64,000 nt of DNA from Candidatus Latescibacterota bacterium (lineage in GTDB: Bacteria > Latescibacterota > UBA2968 > GCA-2709665): the NCBI GenBank assembly GCA_965226795.1, contig CBDDDZ010000004.1, positions 192,001 to 256,000 of the forward strand. Reading direction: 5' to 3'. Of the stretch, positions 31,029 through 41,161 are shown piece by piece. The stretch's first letter is position 1. Every line of letters starts with the position of its first letter. The notes under the pieces are model-generated. The model saw nothing but the letters and a program-made list of their open reading frames with translations, ran no database searches and was not told the origin of the DNA. The position numbers were made by a program, and so were the translations under genes.

Positions 31029-32444
31029 ATGACGAACGAAAGACCGACAGCGAGGGGATTTTCGGATCCGGATCCTGCGGCTGCCATCGGGGAACTCCGA
31101 TCGATGCTGGGCGATCGGATACATACGAATGAGGAAATCCGGGCAGCCCACGCCCAGGACGCTTCGTATCATACGCCCAGGCTGCCGGATGCAGTGGTCT
31201 TTCCCGTCTGCAATGCAGAAGTATCGCAAATTGTGAGGCTCTGTGCGCAACACCGCACACCGGTGGTGCCGTATGGGACCGGAACGGCCGTTGAAGGCGG
31301 TATTGTTGCCGTCCGGGGTGGTGTCTGTATCGATATGAGCCGAATGAATCGAATATTGAGAGTTGGCAAAGCAGACCTGGACGCAACGGTGGAGGCCGGG
31401 GTCACAAGGAAGCAGCTTAACCGGTATTTGGCGGATACGCAGACCGGGCTGTACTTCCCTGTGGATCCCGGAGCGGATGCCTCGCTCGGTGGGATGGCGG
31501 CAACACGGGCGTCAGGCAGTTCGGCGGTGAGCTACGGAACGATGCGGGAGAATGTCCTGGGACTGACGGTCATACTGGCTGACGGGAGTGTCGTTCACGC
31601 AGGCGGACGCGCAAGGAAATCGGCGGCGGGGTACGATCTGGCGCATTTATTCGTCGGATCCGAAGGTACGCTGGGTGTCATAACGGAGGTGACTCTGAAG
31701 CTGGCGAAGGTTCCTGAGGCCGTATCCGCGGCAGTCTGTGCGTTCCCGGACATTTCGTCGGCTGTGAATACCGTTATTGAAATCATGTCAGCGGGGATAT
31801 CAATGGCCCGGATCGAGCTTCTGGACGAGGTCCAGATGGGTGCAATCAACGCCTATTCAGGTTTTGACTACAGGGCGTCGCCAACCCTGTTTTTCGAGTT
31901 CCACGGTTCCGAAACGTCCGTTGACGAGCGCGTGGCGGCGGCCACGCGAATCGCCGGAAGGTACGGCAGTGAAGATATCCGATGGGCGACTGGTCAGAAC
32001 GAACGCGACCGGCTCTGGCAGGCGCGGTACGACGCCTATTACGCGTCGCGGACCATGCGTCCGGGCTCGGTGGGATACGTGACGGATGTGTGCGTTCCGG
32101 TTTCAAGGCTTGCGGATTGTATCCTGAGAACCAAAGAAGAACTGAAGACTACAGAACTGATCGCGCCCCTGTTCGGTCATGTTGGCGACGGGAATTTCCA
32201 CGTCGTTTTCCTGATCGATCCGAATCGCCCCGAAGAGCTTGCCGAGGCGCGTCAATTCGGCGAACGGATCGTAGACCTGGCCCTGGAGATGGAAGGAACG
32301 TGTACGGGTGAGCACGGGATCGGAATGGGTAAACTGGCAGCCCTGGAGCATGAACATGGCGAAGGGATAAAGGTGATGCGGGCGATCAAGAAGGCACTGG
32401 ACCCGCACAATATCATGAATCCAGGAAAGGTCGTGAAGATTTGA
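31029..32444 (+). CDS. FAD-linked oxidase, D-lactate dehydrogenase/GlcD family
   Basis: PVDPGADASLGGM, GSEGTLG, GHVGDGNFH, TGEHGIG, DPHNIMNPGK. Confidence 0.92.
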   Translation: MTNERPTARGFSDPDPAAAIGELRSMLGDRIHTNEEIRAAHAQDASYHTPRLPDAVVFPVCNAEVSQIVRLCAQHRTPVVPYGTGTAVEGGIVAVRGGVCIDMSRMNRILRVGKADLDATVEAGVTRKQLNRYLADTQTGLYFPVDPGADASLGGMAATRASGSSAVSYGTMRENVLGLTVILADGSVVHAGGRARKSAAGYDLAHLFVGSEGTLGVITEVTLKLAKVPEAVSAAVCAFPDISSAVNTVIEIMSAGISMARIELLDEVQMGAINAYSGFDYRASPTLFFEFHGSETSVDERVAAATRIAGRYGSEDIRWATGQNERDRLWQARYDAYYASRTMRPGSVGYVTDVCVPVSRLADCILRTKEELKTTELIAPLFGHVGDGNFHVVFLIDPNRPEELAEARQFGERIVDLALEMEGTCTGEHGIGMGKLAALEHEHGEGIKVMRAIKKALDPHNIMNPGKVVKI

Positions 32445-32475
32445 GTTCTGAAAAGCCCAACAGAATCTGCGATTA

Positions 32476-32552
32476 TAAATATTTATTCTTTACATTTGAT
32501 CATTTTTTGGGTATATTGGAATAATAATCCGATTTTGCGGAATAAATTTCCA
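32476..32552 (+). promoter_or_regulatory. arg operon promoter with tandem ARG-box-like operators
   Basis: TTTACA(32489)-N17-TATATT(32512). Boxes TAAATATTTATTCT (32476), GGAATAATAATCCG (32518) and GGAATAAATTTCCA (32539) lie in 21-bp phase. Confidence 0.75.
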
Positions 32553-33016
32553 TGGGTGCGAAACAGGAACGGCAACGGCGGATTCTCGAATTCATCGCGT
32601 CCCGTGCAATCGGGACCCAAAAGGCGTTAAGCGACGCGCTCGGCACAGCGGGAATATCGACCACGCAGTCCACGCTCTCGAAGGATTTGAATCAGCTGGG
32701 CATTGTAAAGTCGCCGGACGGTGCGGGTGGTTTTCGCTATCAGGCGCCGGTCGAAGATGCCCAACCGTACGGCCGTCGGTCGGGTCTGCTCGCGAGGGAG
32801 TTGAGGGATTTCGTCGTCGAATCGGGCGGGGCGGGGCATACACTCGTGCTGAAGACGATTACCGGACACGCGCAGGGCGTGTGCGAGGCAATCGACCGGG
32901 CCGGATGGACCGAGGTTGTCGGTACGATCGCAGGGGAAAATACAATATTCATCCTGTGTCAAACCGTGGAGAAACGGGAGGTTTTGAGGGAACGGATTTT
33001 GGAGATTTCCGGATGA
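32552..33016 (+). CDS. argR: arginine repressor
   Basis: TQSTLSKDL, VLKT..GHAQ, VVGTIAGENTIF. Confidence 0.93.
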   Translation: MGAKQERQRRILEFIASRAIGTQKALSDALGTAGISTTQSTLSKDLNQLGIVKSPDGAGGFRYQAPVEDAQPYGRRSGLLARELRDFVVESGGAGHTLVLKTITGHAQGVCEAIDRAGWTEVVGTIAGENTIFILCQTVEKREVLRERILEISG

Positions 33017-33173
33017 TCGGACCTGAAGAAGTAGATCGCATGTCAAACGACACGGCAGGCCGTGTCGCAACGACGCCGGCAAAAACGGGATTAAGGCGCG
33101 AAGAATGGCCTCGCCCCGGTGTTTGCCAACACCGGACACAAGAGGGGGTCCATGGATCTGCAGGAGGATCCGC

Positions 33174-34121
33174 GTGGCTTTAAAAGTTGGCATTTACGGC
33201 GATACGGGGATGGTCGGCCAGGAGATAGAACGGGTACTGGCGCATCACGACCGTGCGGAGATCGGGTTCCGACGGAATTCCAGGCGCCGGCAGGGCGCCC
33301 TGGACGAGTGCGAACTGGTATTTCTGGCTACCAAAGACCCGGAATCAATGCAATTCGCTCCGCAGGCGTTGGACGCGGGAGCGAGGGTCATCGATATGAG
33401 CGGCGCCTTCAGGTTGCCGAAAACACTGTTCGAGGCGGGCTATGGAATGCAACACCGGGCGCCGGAGCTTCTTAAAGAGGCGGTCTACGGAATGCCGGCG
33501 TTGTTTGCCGACCGGATCGCCGATGCGCGATTGGTGGCCAATCCAGGTTGTTACCCCACCAGTGTGATTCTGGCTCTGAAACCATTGAAGGGGCTGGTTC
33601 AGGGAGAGGCAACGGTGGTCGCCACGTCGGGAAATTCGGGTGCCCGACGGGAGGTGGAGGAAGAAGCGGACGAAGTGACCTATAATTTCGGACGGCGGCA
33701 CAGACATGTGCCGGAAATGGAGTTCTATTCAGAGTTCCGGGTGAATTTTACGCCGATTGTGCTGCGGTCGGTATATGCGGGCATCAACGCCAATATTCGA
33801 ATCGAGCTTGCGGATCGTTTAAAAGCGCTTTCCGAGGCGGAGGCAGCGGGACATCTGATCGACGCGATCGGATCGGCGTATACTGACGAGGATCTGGTCT
33901 GCCCTGTAGAGGATTCGGAGGAGAAACAGTGGGGCACGCGCGACGTCGTCGGCACCCACAAATTGGCGATCAAGATAGGCGTGGACGAAGGATTCGCATA
34001 TATCTGTTCGCTGGAAGATAATCTGGGCAAGGGTGCAGCCAGCCAGGCGGTCGAGAATATGAACCTGATGTGCGGGTTGCCCAGGCTGTGTGGCATCGAC
34101 GGGGTTTACCGCACGGACTGA
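33174..34121 (+). CDS. argC: N-acetyl-gamma-glutamyl-phosphate reductase (short form)
   Basis: IDMSGAFR, ANPGCYPT, SGNSGA, HRHVPE, DNLGKGAASQAV; GTG start after GGAGG. Confidence 0.9.
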   Translation: MALKVGIYGDTGMVGQEIERVLAHHDRAEIGFRRNSRRRQGALDECELVFLATKDPESMQFAPQALDAGARVIDMSGAFRLPKTLFEAGYGMQHRAPELLKEAVYGMPALFADRIADARLVANPGCYPTSVILALKPLKGLVQGEATVVATSGNSGARREVEEEADEVTYNFGRRHRHVPEMEFYSEFRVNFTPIVLRSVYAGINANIRIELADRLKALSEAEAAGHLIDAIGSAYTDEDLVCPVEDSEEKQWGTRDVVGTHKLAIKIGVDEGFAYICSLEDNLGKGAASQAVENMNLMCGLPRLCGIDGVYRTD

Positions 34122-34316
34122 GGCACTGGCCGATACCAGGCGCCCGCAAGTGCCTGGTTTGCTGACGCCTGGTGTCCGAAGTGCGCGGTTGCCGGAAACG
34201 GATCCCCAACTCAAAAGGGCGGCCAGCTTACGGTCTTTGAAGACGACGCCCCGACCGCGCCGAATCCTGCCGGATACTGGTTTTAGCACCGGGTTATTGT
34301 ATGTAAGGAATGTGCG

Positions 34317-35201
34317 ATGGAGCAATTCATCCAGAAAGCAGCCACGCTCGTGGAGGCGTTTCCCTATATCCGTTCGTTTCGGGACAAGATTGTCGTTGTG
34401 AAATACGGCGGCAGTACACAGCCGGACGACGGCGGGTCGGACACGATTCTGGCGGATCTGGTCTTCATGGAAACGGTGGGAATGCGGCCGGTGGTCGTGC
34501 ATGGCGGCGGCAAGGAAATCAGCAGACGCCTGCAGGACGCCGGGCTGGAGTCGAAGTGGATAAACGGATTGCGTATTACAGACGCGAAGTCGATGCAGGT
34601 GGTCGAAGACACACTGTTTGGGCTGGTGAACAGACGGATTGTCGAGGGAATCCAGGCATTGGACGGCTGCGCACTCGGGATGTCGGCGAAGGAAGCCGGC
34701 GTTATGCACGTACGTAAACACTATGCGCAAGTGGAATCCGATGGAACTCACGTGCCGGTGGATATCGGGTTTGTGGGCGACGTACACAGGGTGGACCCGG
34801 AACCGGTTCGACGCGCGTGCGAGAAAGAGACGATTCCGGTGATCGCGCCAATCGGCCTGGGTTCCGACGGCAAGAGTTACAACGTGAACGCGGATACGGC
34901 CGCGGGGGAAATTGCGCGAACGCTTCAGGCGGAGAAGCTGGTTTTTTTGACAGACGTAAATGGCATTTTGAGAGACAGCGCCGATCCGGAATCCAGGATT
35001 TCAACGTTGCACGTAAACAACGTGGATGGCCTGATTCAGGACGGTACGGCAAAGGGAGGGATGATTCCAAAGCTTCAGGCCTGTGTGCGTTCGGTGAGAG
35101 GGGGCGTGAATAAGACCCACGTTATAGATGGACGTGTTCCACACGCGCTGCTGCTCGAAGTCTTCACGCGTGAAGGGATCGGTACCGAGATTGTTCAATG
35201 A
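34317..35201 (+). CDS. argB: acetylglutamate kinase
   Basis: VVKYGG, VHGGG, NVNADTAA, GGMIPK. Confidence 0.96.
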   Translation: MEQFIQKAATLVEAFPYIRSFRDKIVVVKYGGSTQPDDGGSDTILADLVFMETVGMRPVVVHGGGKEISRRLQDAGLESKWINGLRITDAKSMQVVEDTLFGLVNRRIVEGIQALDGCALGMSAKEAGVMHVRKHYAQVESDGTHVPVDIGFVGDVHRVDPEPVRRACEKETIPVIAPIGLGSDGKSYNVNADTAAGEIARTLQAEKLVFLTDVNGILRDSADPESRISTLHVNNVDGLIQDGTAKGGMIPKLQACVRSVRGGVNKTHVIDGRVPHALLLEVFTREGIGTEIVQ

Positions 35202-35254
35202 AGCGAACGCACGAATTGCGTAGTTTGTAGGGAACCCAACCAATCGGGGAGTGG

Positions 35255-36454
35255 ATGATGGATACGAATGCCATAATCGATCTTGAGCAAAACTACATTC
35301 TGCAGACCTATGCACGGCCCGACTTTGTCTTGGAACGGGGAGACGGGGTGCATCTGTTCGACACCGACGGGAAACGGTATCTGGATTTCGTGAGCGGCTT
35401 GTCCGTGAATGCGCTGGGATACAACAACCCGGCCATTGACGATGCGATGACGGAGCAGGCGCGGAAGCTGATCCACGTCTCGAACCTGTACCATACGATT
35501 CCCGCGCCTCGGTTGGCGAGAATGCTGTGCGAACATTCATTCGCGGATCGTGTGTTCTTCTGCAATAGCGGAACCGAGTCCTGGGAAGCCGCGCTGAAAT
35601 TTGCACGGAAGTGGGGGTACAGAAATTTCGAGGACCGCGCGAAGTATAAGTTCATTGCGATGGACAATTCGTTTCACGGACGCACAATGGGGTCGGTTTC
35701 CACCACGGGGCAGCCGAAGTACCACAAGGGATTCGGACCCTTGTTGCCCGGTATCTCTTTCGCGGATTTCAACGATCTCGAATCGGTGGAGCGGCTGGTC
35801 AATGCGGAAACGGTGGCGGTGATTCTGGAGCCCCTCCAGGCCGAGGGCGGTATTCATTCGGCAGACCCATCGTTCCTGGAAGGGCTGCGACAGTTGTGCG
35901 ATGAGATGAAGATGCTGCTGGTGTTCGACGAGATCCAGTCAGGACTCTGCCGGACCGGATCCCTGTTCTGTTACGAACACTACGGGGTAACGCCGGATAT
36001 CATGACGCTTGCCAAGCCGCTCGCCGGCGGACTGCCGATAGGCGCGACGTTGATGCGCCAGGCCGTTGCCGACGCCGTGGAACCGGGCGACCACGCGGCC
36101 ACGTTCGGTGCCCACCCGGTTTGCTGCGCCGTTGGCATCGAGGTCTTCGGGCAACTCTGCAAACCGGACTTTATCGCGGGCGTCAGGGAGAAAGGCGACC
36201 ACCTCAAAAGCCGGCTTGACGCGCTGAAAGACCGGTATCCGGACAAAATCACGGAGGTTCGTGGTATGGGGTTGATCGCAGGCGCTGTGATGGCCGACGT
36301 TCCGGCCGCGGATGTGATGGGCACGTTTCGGGAGCGGGGGATTCTGGTATGTGTCGCCGGGCCCGACGTGGTGCGCTTTCTGCCTCCTCTGGTGATTGGA
36401 ATGGAGAATATCGACCACGTCATGGAGGTGTTTGACGAAATCCTTAAGGGATAA
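35255..36454 (+). CDS. argD: acetylornithine aminotransferase
   Basis: NSGTE, FHGRT, EPLQAEGG, DEIQSG, TLAKPLAGG. Confidence 0.94.
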   Translation: MMDTNAIIDLEQNYILQTYARPDFVLERGDGVHLFDTDGKRYLDFVSGLSVNALGYNNPAIDDAMTEQARKLIHVSNLYHTIPAPRLARMLCEHSFADRVFFCNSGTESWEAALKFARKWGYRNFEDRAKYKFIAMDNSFHGRTMGSVSTTGQPKYHKGFGPLLPGISFADFNDLESVERLVNAETVAVILEPLQAEGGIHSADPSFLEGLRQLCDEMKMLLVFDEIQSGLCRTGSLFCYEHYGVTPDIMTLAKPLAGGLPIGATLMRQAVADAVEPGDHAATFGAHPVCCAVGIEVFGQLCKPDFIAGVREKGDHLKSRLDALKDRYPDKITEVRGMGLIAGAVMADVPAADVMGTFRERGILVCVAGPDVVRFLPPLVIGMENIDHVMEVFDEILKG

Positions 36455-36484
36455 TTGACGGTCGAAGGGAAAGGAGTGTGCGGG

Positions 36485-37738
36485 ATGAAAGTGGAGGATA
36501 TTCGGGGAAAGCGGATTGCGCTGGCGGCCTCCGGAGGGCTTGACAGCTGCACGGTTTCGCGCTGGCTGGCCGACCAGGGGGTCGAGGTGGTGAGTATGAC
36601 GGCGGATATCGGGCAGCCGGACGAGGACGATATCGAGGATATCGGGCGACGGATGCTGGCCTGTGGCGCTGTTGAATCGGTTATCCTGGACCTGAAGACG
36701 GATCTGGCCGAAGAGGCGATCACCATGCTTCTTGCCAACGCCGTGTACGAGGGCGGGTACTGGAATACCACCGGTCTTGCCCGCCACGTGACCACGCAGG
36801 GGATCCTTAAGGAGATGCAGACGCGCGATATCGACGTGCTTGCGCACGGAGCCACGGGCCGCGGAAACGACCAGGTACGTTTCCAGCTTGTCGCCAATAT
36901 GCTTTCCCCCGCCGTAAAGGTTTACGCGCCCTGGCGGGACGACGCGTTCCTGGAGCACTTCGGTGGAAGGCGGGAGATGATCGCCTACTGCCAGGCACGG
37001 AACCTCCCGATTTCCGCGACGCAGGATAAACCGTATTCGACGGATGCGAATCTTCTGGGGCTTACCCACGAGGCAGGCAAACTCGAATACCTGGACGTGG
37101 CGGCAGACTTTATCGAGCCCGGCATGGGCGTTTTTCCGCGGAACGGGCCCGACCGCCCGGAGATGTTTTCCGTGAGTTTGGAGGCGGGTTGTCCCGTACT
37201 GATGAACGGAGAGCCCGTAGACGCCGTGTCCGCGATCGCTACGGCAAACGAGGTCGCGGGCCGTCATGGAGTGGGTATCGGTATTCACACGGTCGAAAAC
37301 CGTTTTGTGGGCATCAAGTCGCGGGGCGTGTACGAAAGCCCGGGGCTCGCCTTGCTGGGCGCCTGCTACCAGTTCCTGTTGCAGCAGGTGCTGGACCGGC
37401 GGGCGCGGCGATTCTACGATACGCTTTCATCGGCGCTTGCCGAACAGATTTATCAGGGGTACTATTTCGACCTTTCGTCGCAGATGATACGCGGCGCCCT
37501 GGGGCCGGTGCGCGCGTTGGCGGCGGGATCGGTGACGGTGTCGGTCTACAAGGGAACGGTAACCTATCAATCCTCCTCGGCCGTGGCGCATTCGCTGTAT
37601 TCGTCCGAACTGTCCTCGATGGAAGCGATCGGGGATTACGACCATCGGGATTCGGAGGGGTTTCTGAATGTGTTGAGTGTCAGCGCAAGGGCCTTGAATG
37701 CTTCGGGACAGGTGAATGAAGGACCGAAGGGAAACTGA
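36485..37738 (+). CDS. argG: argininosuccinate synthase
   Basis: ASGGLDS, HGATGRGNDQVRF, ENRFVGIKSRGVYE; ATG after AAGGAG. Confidence 0.96.
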   Translation: MKVEDIRGKRIALAASGGLDSCTVSRWLADQGVEVVSMTADIGQPDEDDIEDIGRRMLACGAVESVILDLKTDLAEEAITMLLANAVYEGGYWNTTGLARHVTTQGILKEMQTRDIDVLAHGATGRGNDQVRFQLVANMLSPAVKVYAPWRDDAFLEHFGGRREMIAYCQARNLPISATQDKPYSTDANLLGLTHEAGKLEYLDVAADFIEPGMGVFPRNGPDRPEMFSVSLEAGCPVLMNGEPVDAVSAIATANEVAGRHGVGIGIHTVENRFVGIKSRGVYESPGLALLGACYQFLLQQVLDRRARRFYDTLSSALAEQIYQGYYFDLSSQMIRGALGPVRALAAGSVTVSVYKGTVTYQSSSAVAHSLYSSELSSMEAIGDYDHRDSEGFLNVLSVSARALNASGQVNEGPKGN

Positions 37739-37773
37739 GAAAACCGGAGACGGTTGTTGTTACGGAGAATTCG

Positions 37774-39180
37774 ATGGACGAATCTGCAGAAAAGTCCTGG
37801 TCGGGGCGGTTTGATAAGCCGTCGGACAGACTCATGGAACAATTCAACGCGTCCATCGGGTTCGACCGTCGGCTCTACAGGGTGGATATCGACGGGAGCC
37901 GCGCGCAGGCGAAAGCACTGGCGGCGGTTGGTGTCTTGAACGCACAGGAATTGGATTGTGTCCTGAAGGGCCTGGACCAGGTGGAAGTGGAGGCCGCCGA
38001 AGGACGCCTTGCGCTGGGCGAACATCTGGAAGACATACATATGGCGGTGGAGGCGCGGCTCATCGAGATTGTGGGCGAGGTGGGCGGCAAGCTCCATACG
38101 GGGCGCAGCCGGAACGATCAGGTGGCGCTGGATGAGCGGCTGTATCTGCGGGAGGCGACACGGGACACCGTTGCCGGAATCGACCGGCTGCAGGCCGTTC
38201 TCGTGGATTCCGCGGATCGGCACCTCGACGTATTGATGCCGGGATATACACATCTGCAGCAGGCGCAGCCCGTGCGCCTGTCACACTATACAATGGCATT
38301 GTTCTGGATGCTGGATCGAGACCGGGGACGGTTTTCGGCATGCTCGGAACGGGCGGATGCCATGCCGCTCGGATCGGGGGCCTTTGCCGGCAGCGCCTAT
38401 CCGATCGACCGGAAATTTCTGGCGACGGAACTGGGTTTCTCGCGAATAACCGAAAACAGCATCGACGCCGTGAGCGACCGCGATTATCTACTGGAGTATA
38501 TGTCCGCCGGCGCGATTATGATGGGACACCTGAGCCGGTTCTGTGAGGATTTGATCGTGTGGTCATCGTCCGAGTTTCAGTTTATCGAACTGGACGACGC
38601 GTACAGCACGGGATCGAGCATGATGCCCCAGAAAAAGAACCCGGATTCGCTGGAACTGATCCGCGGAAAGACGGGTCGGGTGTACGGCAATCTGATGTCG
38701 TTGTTGACGGTGATGAAAGGATTGCCGCTCACCTATTCGAAAGATCTGCAGGAGGACAAAGAAGCCTTTTTTGATACGGTCGATACAATAAATCAGGTGC
38801 TGGCGGTATTTGCCGGCGCGTGGGAAACAATGAAGGTCCTGACCGAGCGAATGCGCGAAGCTCTCGACGGCACCGTTGTGGCGACGGATCTCGCGGATTA
38901 TCTGGTGCGGAAGGGGTTGCCCTTTCGGGAAACTCACAGGATTGTGGGCAGGTTGGTCCGGAAGGCGCTGTCGAGGGGTCGACGCCTGGACGAACTGGAC
39001 CTGGCGACACTCCGATCGGAGTCCAATTTGATCGAGGCGGATGTAGGGGAGTCGCTTTGCGCAGAGGCCAGTGTCAACCGGCGGGAACTGGACGGCGGAA
39101 CGGGTTACCACGCCGTGCTGGCGCAGATCCACAGCGGGAGGCAGATGCTGAGCCGGAGATCCCGGGGAGCGGAAGCGTGA
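37774..39180 (+). CDS. argH: argininosuccinate lyase
   Basis: WSGRF, HTGRSRNDQ, GYTHLQQAQP, GSSMMPQKKNPD. Confidence 0.97.
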   Translation: MDESAEKSWSGRFDKPSDRLMEQFNASIGFDRRLYRVDIDGSRAQAKALAAVGVLNAQELDCVLKGLDQVEVEAAEGRLALGEHLEDIHMAVEARLIEIVGEVGGKLHTGRSRNDQVALDERLYLREATRDTVAGIDRLQAVLVDSADRHLDVLMPGYTHLQQAQPVRLSHYTMALFWMLDRDRGRFSACSERADAMPLGSGAFAGSAYPIDRKFLATELGFSRITENSIDAVSDRDYLLEYMSAGAIMMGHLSRFCEDLIVWSSSEFQFIELDDAYSTGSSMMPQKKNPDSLELIRGKTGRVYGNLMSLLTVMKGLPLTYSKDLQEDKEAFFDTVDTINQVLAVFAGAWETMKVLTERMREALDGTVVATDLADYLVRKGLPFRETHRIVGRLVRKALSRGRRLDELDLATLRSESNLIEADVGESLCAEASVNRRELDGGTGYHAVLAQIHSGRQMLSRRSRGAEA

Positions 39181-39812
39181 AGTCCTTCAGTGAGCGGGAT
39201 GTGCGGCGACACTTCCACCTCTTGCAGCACAGTCCGGAACTTGGCCTCACACAGCTGAAGGCGATGGACGGAGACCATGTTATCGGCATAGGGCTGTTCG
39301 ATAATGAGGCCGATTTCGTTTCAGAGTGCCGGCGGTACAATGGGTTGGGCACCCTATACGTGGGTGTGAACCCGAGGTCGAATCGCCTTCTGCAGGACTA
39401 TAGCGGATTAAAGAACCGCATGCGCACGCTGTTCATGGACGTGGTTGCAGAAGGGGATGTCGACTTTGTAACCGGAATGGCCGTGTTCGAACCGGAGCGG
39501 CTCGTCGGATCTGTCCGGGATTTCGTGAATGACGCTTCGGTGCTTGCGAATTACGAGGTTTTCTTTCCGCTCGATAAAGCGATGCCGGTATCCGGGGAAT
39601 CACAGCAGGGGGTCCGGCGGCAACTGGACACCTGGCTTTACGGCCCGTACGACTCCGGCGGGATCGACTTGATGCAATTCGTACGGGTTGTGGGAACGGC
39701 GGTACCGGATGGCGGATGGTTTAAGCGACGGACGGTGTTCAAGAAATTTCGGCCCTATATAATGGATGGTATTACGGCTGAGATCGAGGATCTGAAAGAC
39801 GAGTCGGTTTAG
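39177..39812 (+). CDS. hypothetical protein coupled to argH, weak RepB/primase-like motifs
   Basis: GTGA overlap with the argH stop; contains LYVGVNPR and FVRVVGT. Confidence 0.7.
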   Translation: MKSFSERDVRRHFHLLQHSPELGLTQLKAMDGDHVIGIGLFDNEADFVSECRRYNGLGTLYVGVNPRSNRLLQDYSGLKNRMRTLFMDVVAEGDVDFVTGMAVFEPERLVGSVRDFVNDASVLANYEVFFPLDKAMPVSGESQQGVRRQLDTWLYGPYDSGGIDLMQFVRVVGTAVPDGGWFKRRTVFKKFRPYIMDGITAEIEDLKDESV

Positions 39813-39888
39813 CGATGCCGGAGACGGAACTTTGGGTCCGATGGCGCGTCTACGAGGCAGTATTATGCGCCGACCAAGGTCGGGTGCG

Positions 39889-39910
39889 CGGGTCGACGAC
39901 CCGTTTTTTT
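39889..39910 (+). terminator. intrinsic terminator ending the arg operon
   Basis: CGGGTC-gac-GACCCG-TTTTTTT. Confidence 0.75.
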
Positions 39911-40004
39911 GTTTTGGTTGACGGTTCGGGCGCCTGACCTTCCGAAATATCCGCCTTACATTGAAGTCGTGCCGGGAAATCACCTTACATCCAGGGAGAT
40001 GGTT

Positions 40005-41060
40005 ATGTTTCGAAAAATAATCGCTTTGTTGTGCACCAGTTGTCTGCTGTGGACCAGCCTGGTTGGCGCCGGTCAGACGTGGGCGGCGGAATCCACCGGT
40101 GCAAAGGCGGAGAAGGGAGAAAAGGATGGCGAAGAACGCCCGAAAACCACCCGGACGATCGAAGCCCTGGAAGACGGGGGCTGGTCCATCGTAGACGTCC
40201 GGCAGGTTAAAGGGAATCTGATAGTACTCAGCCCACTCGTGGGCCCGGAAATCGACCTGGAGGAGAGCAACCGGTATTCTCTCTTCCATGGGCGCAGCGT
40301 CTATAACGAAAAGGTTCCCCTGCGGTTTCTCAACGTGGCCATTTCCGGTCTCCAGACAGCCACTTTTCTGAAACTTGGAGAACGCGTGATGGTGAGGATC
40401 CGGTACCGGGCGGGCTCGGAGATTGCGGACAGGACGATGCCCGTAGGGGACGAGGATGCGCTCCGACGGCTATGTGAATACGTTGAGCATTTCGACGAGG
40501 TCCGGAAGGGCGAATATAAAATCGGATTCGAATCCAAATTGCCCGAAGATGCGGAGTATCCCAAATATACCGATCGGGAAATTTCCTTCGTAGAACGGCG
40601 CACGCGCGTCGGGATAACGCGCCGTTTTCCAGGCGGGGTGGTTCTTAAGGACGGAGAGCGGATACAGGGACAACTGTTGCCGGAATTCGACGATGGAACC
40701 ATACTGGTCCAATCCGGACTCGATGCCCGGCGGGTTCCGGTTGAGGATATCGAACGTGTCCTGTTCCTTCGGGGGAAACGTTCGGCAAAGCTTGGCACCG
40801 CTATCCGGATGGGCTTCGGGGGCGCCGTGTCCGGCGCCATTCTGGGTACGCTTGCCGCCTGGCAGTCGGACTCACCGGTTAAAGAGACAGCGATTCTGTT
40901 CGCATCGATATCGGGTGGAATCGGGTTTCTCACCGGTCTCTTCCGATCGCGAGGCGGTCCTGGCAAACGTGAGTTCGTGCTGGGTCCTGTAAAAGACGGG
41001 CGGGATCGCAAATGGGACAGTGAACAAGAAAAGGGGAAACGTGAGACCGGGGGAGAGTAG
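40005..41060 (+). CDS. hypothetical exported protein with C-terminal Gly-rich TM hairpin
   Basis: Signal-peptide-like N-terminus, Sm-like VLKDGERIQG segment, two C-terminal hydrophobic helices. Confidence 0.7.
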   Translation: MFRKIIALLCTSCLLWTSLVGAGQTWAAESTGAKAEKGEKDGEERPKTTRTIEALEDGGWSIVDVRQVKGNLIVLSPLVGPEIDLEESNRYSLFHGRSVYNEKVPLRFLNVAISGLQTATFLKLGERVMVRIRYRAGSEIADRTMPVGDEDALRRLCEYVEHFDEVRKGEYKIGFESKLPEDAEYPKYTDREISFVERRTRVGITRRFPGGVVLKDGERIQGQLLPEFDDGTILVQSGLDARRVPVEDIERVLFLRGKRSAKLGTAIRMGFGGAVSGAILGTLAAWQSDSPVKETAILFASISGGIGFLTGLFRSRGGPGKREFVLGPVKDGRDRKWDSEQEKGKRETGGE

Positions 41061-41161
41061 CCAGGTTTTGCGCATGAATCTCATCCAGCCGGGCCCGAAG
41101 CGGTTATGAATGTTGACGGCTGGACTCCATTTGCCCATTGGCAGGCATCAGAGAGGGGACA

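Noticed and set aside
33013..33183. 56-codon ORF between argR and argC as a leader peptide
   Set aside because: It is not Arg-clustered and has no terminator with a T tail; only two small hairpins are present.
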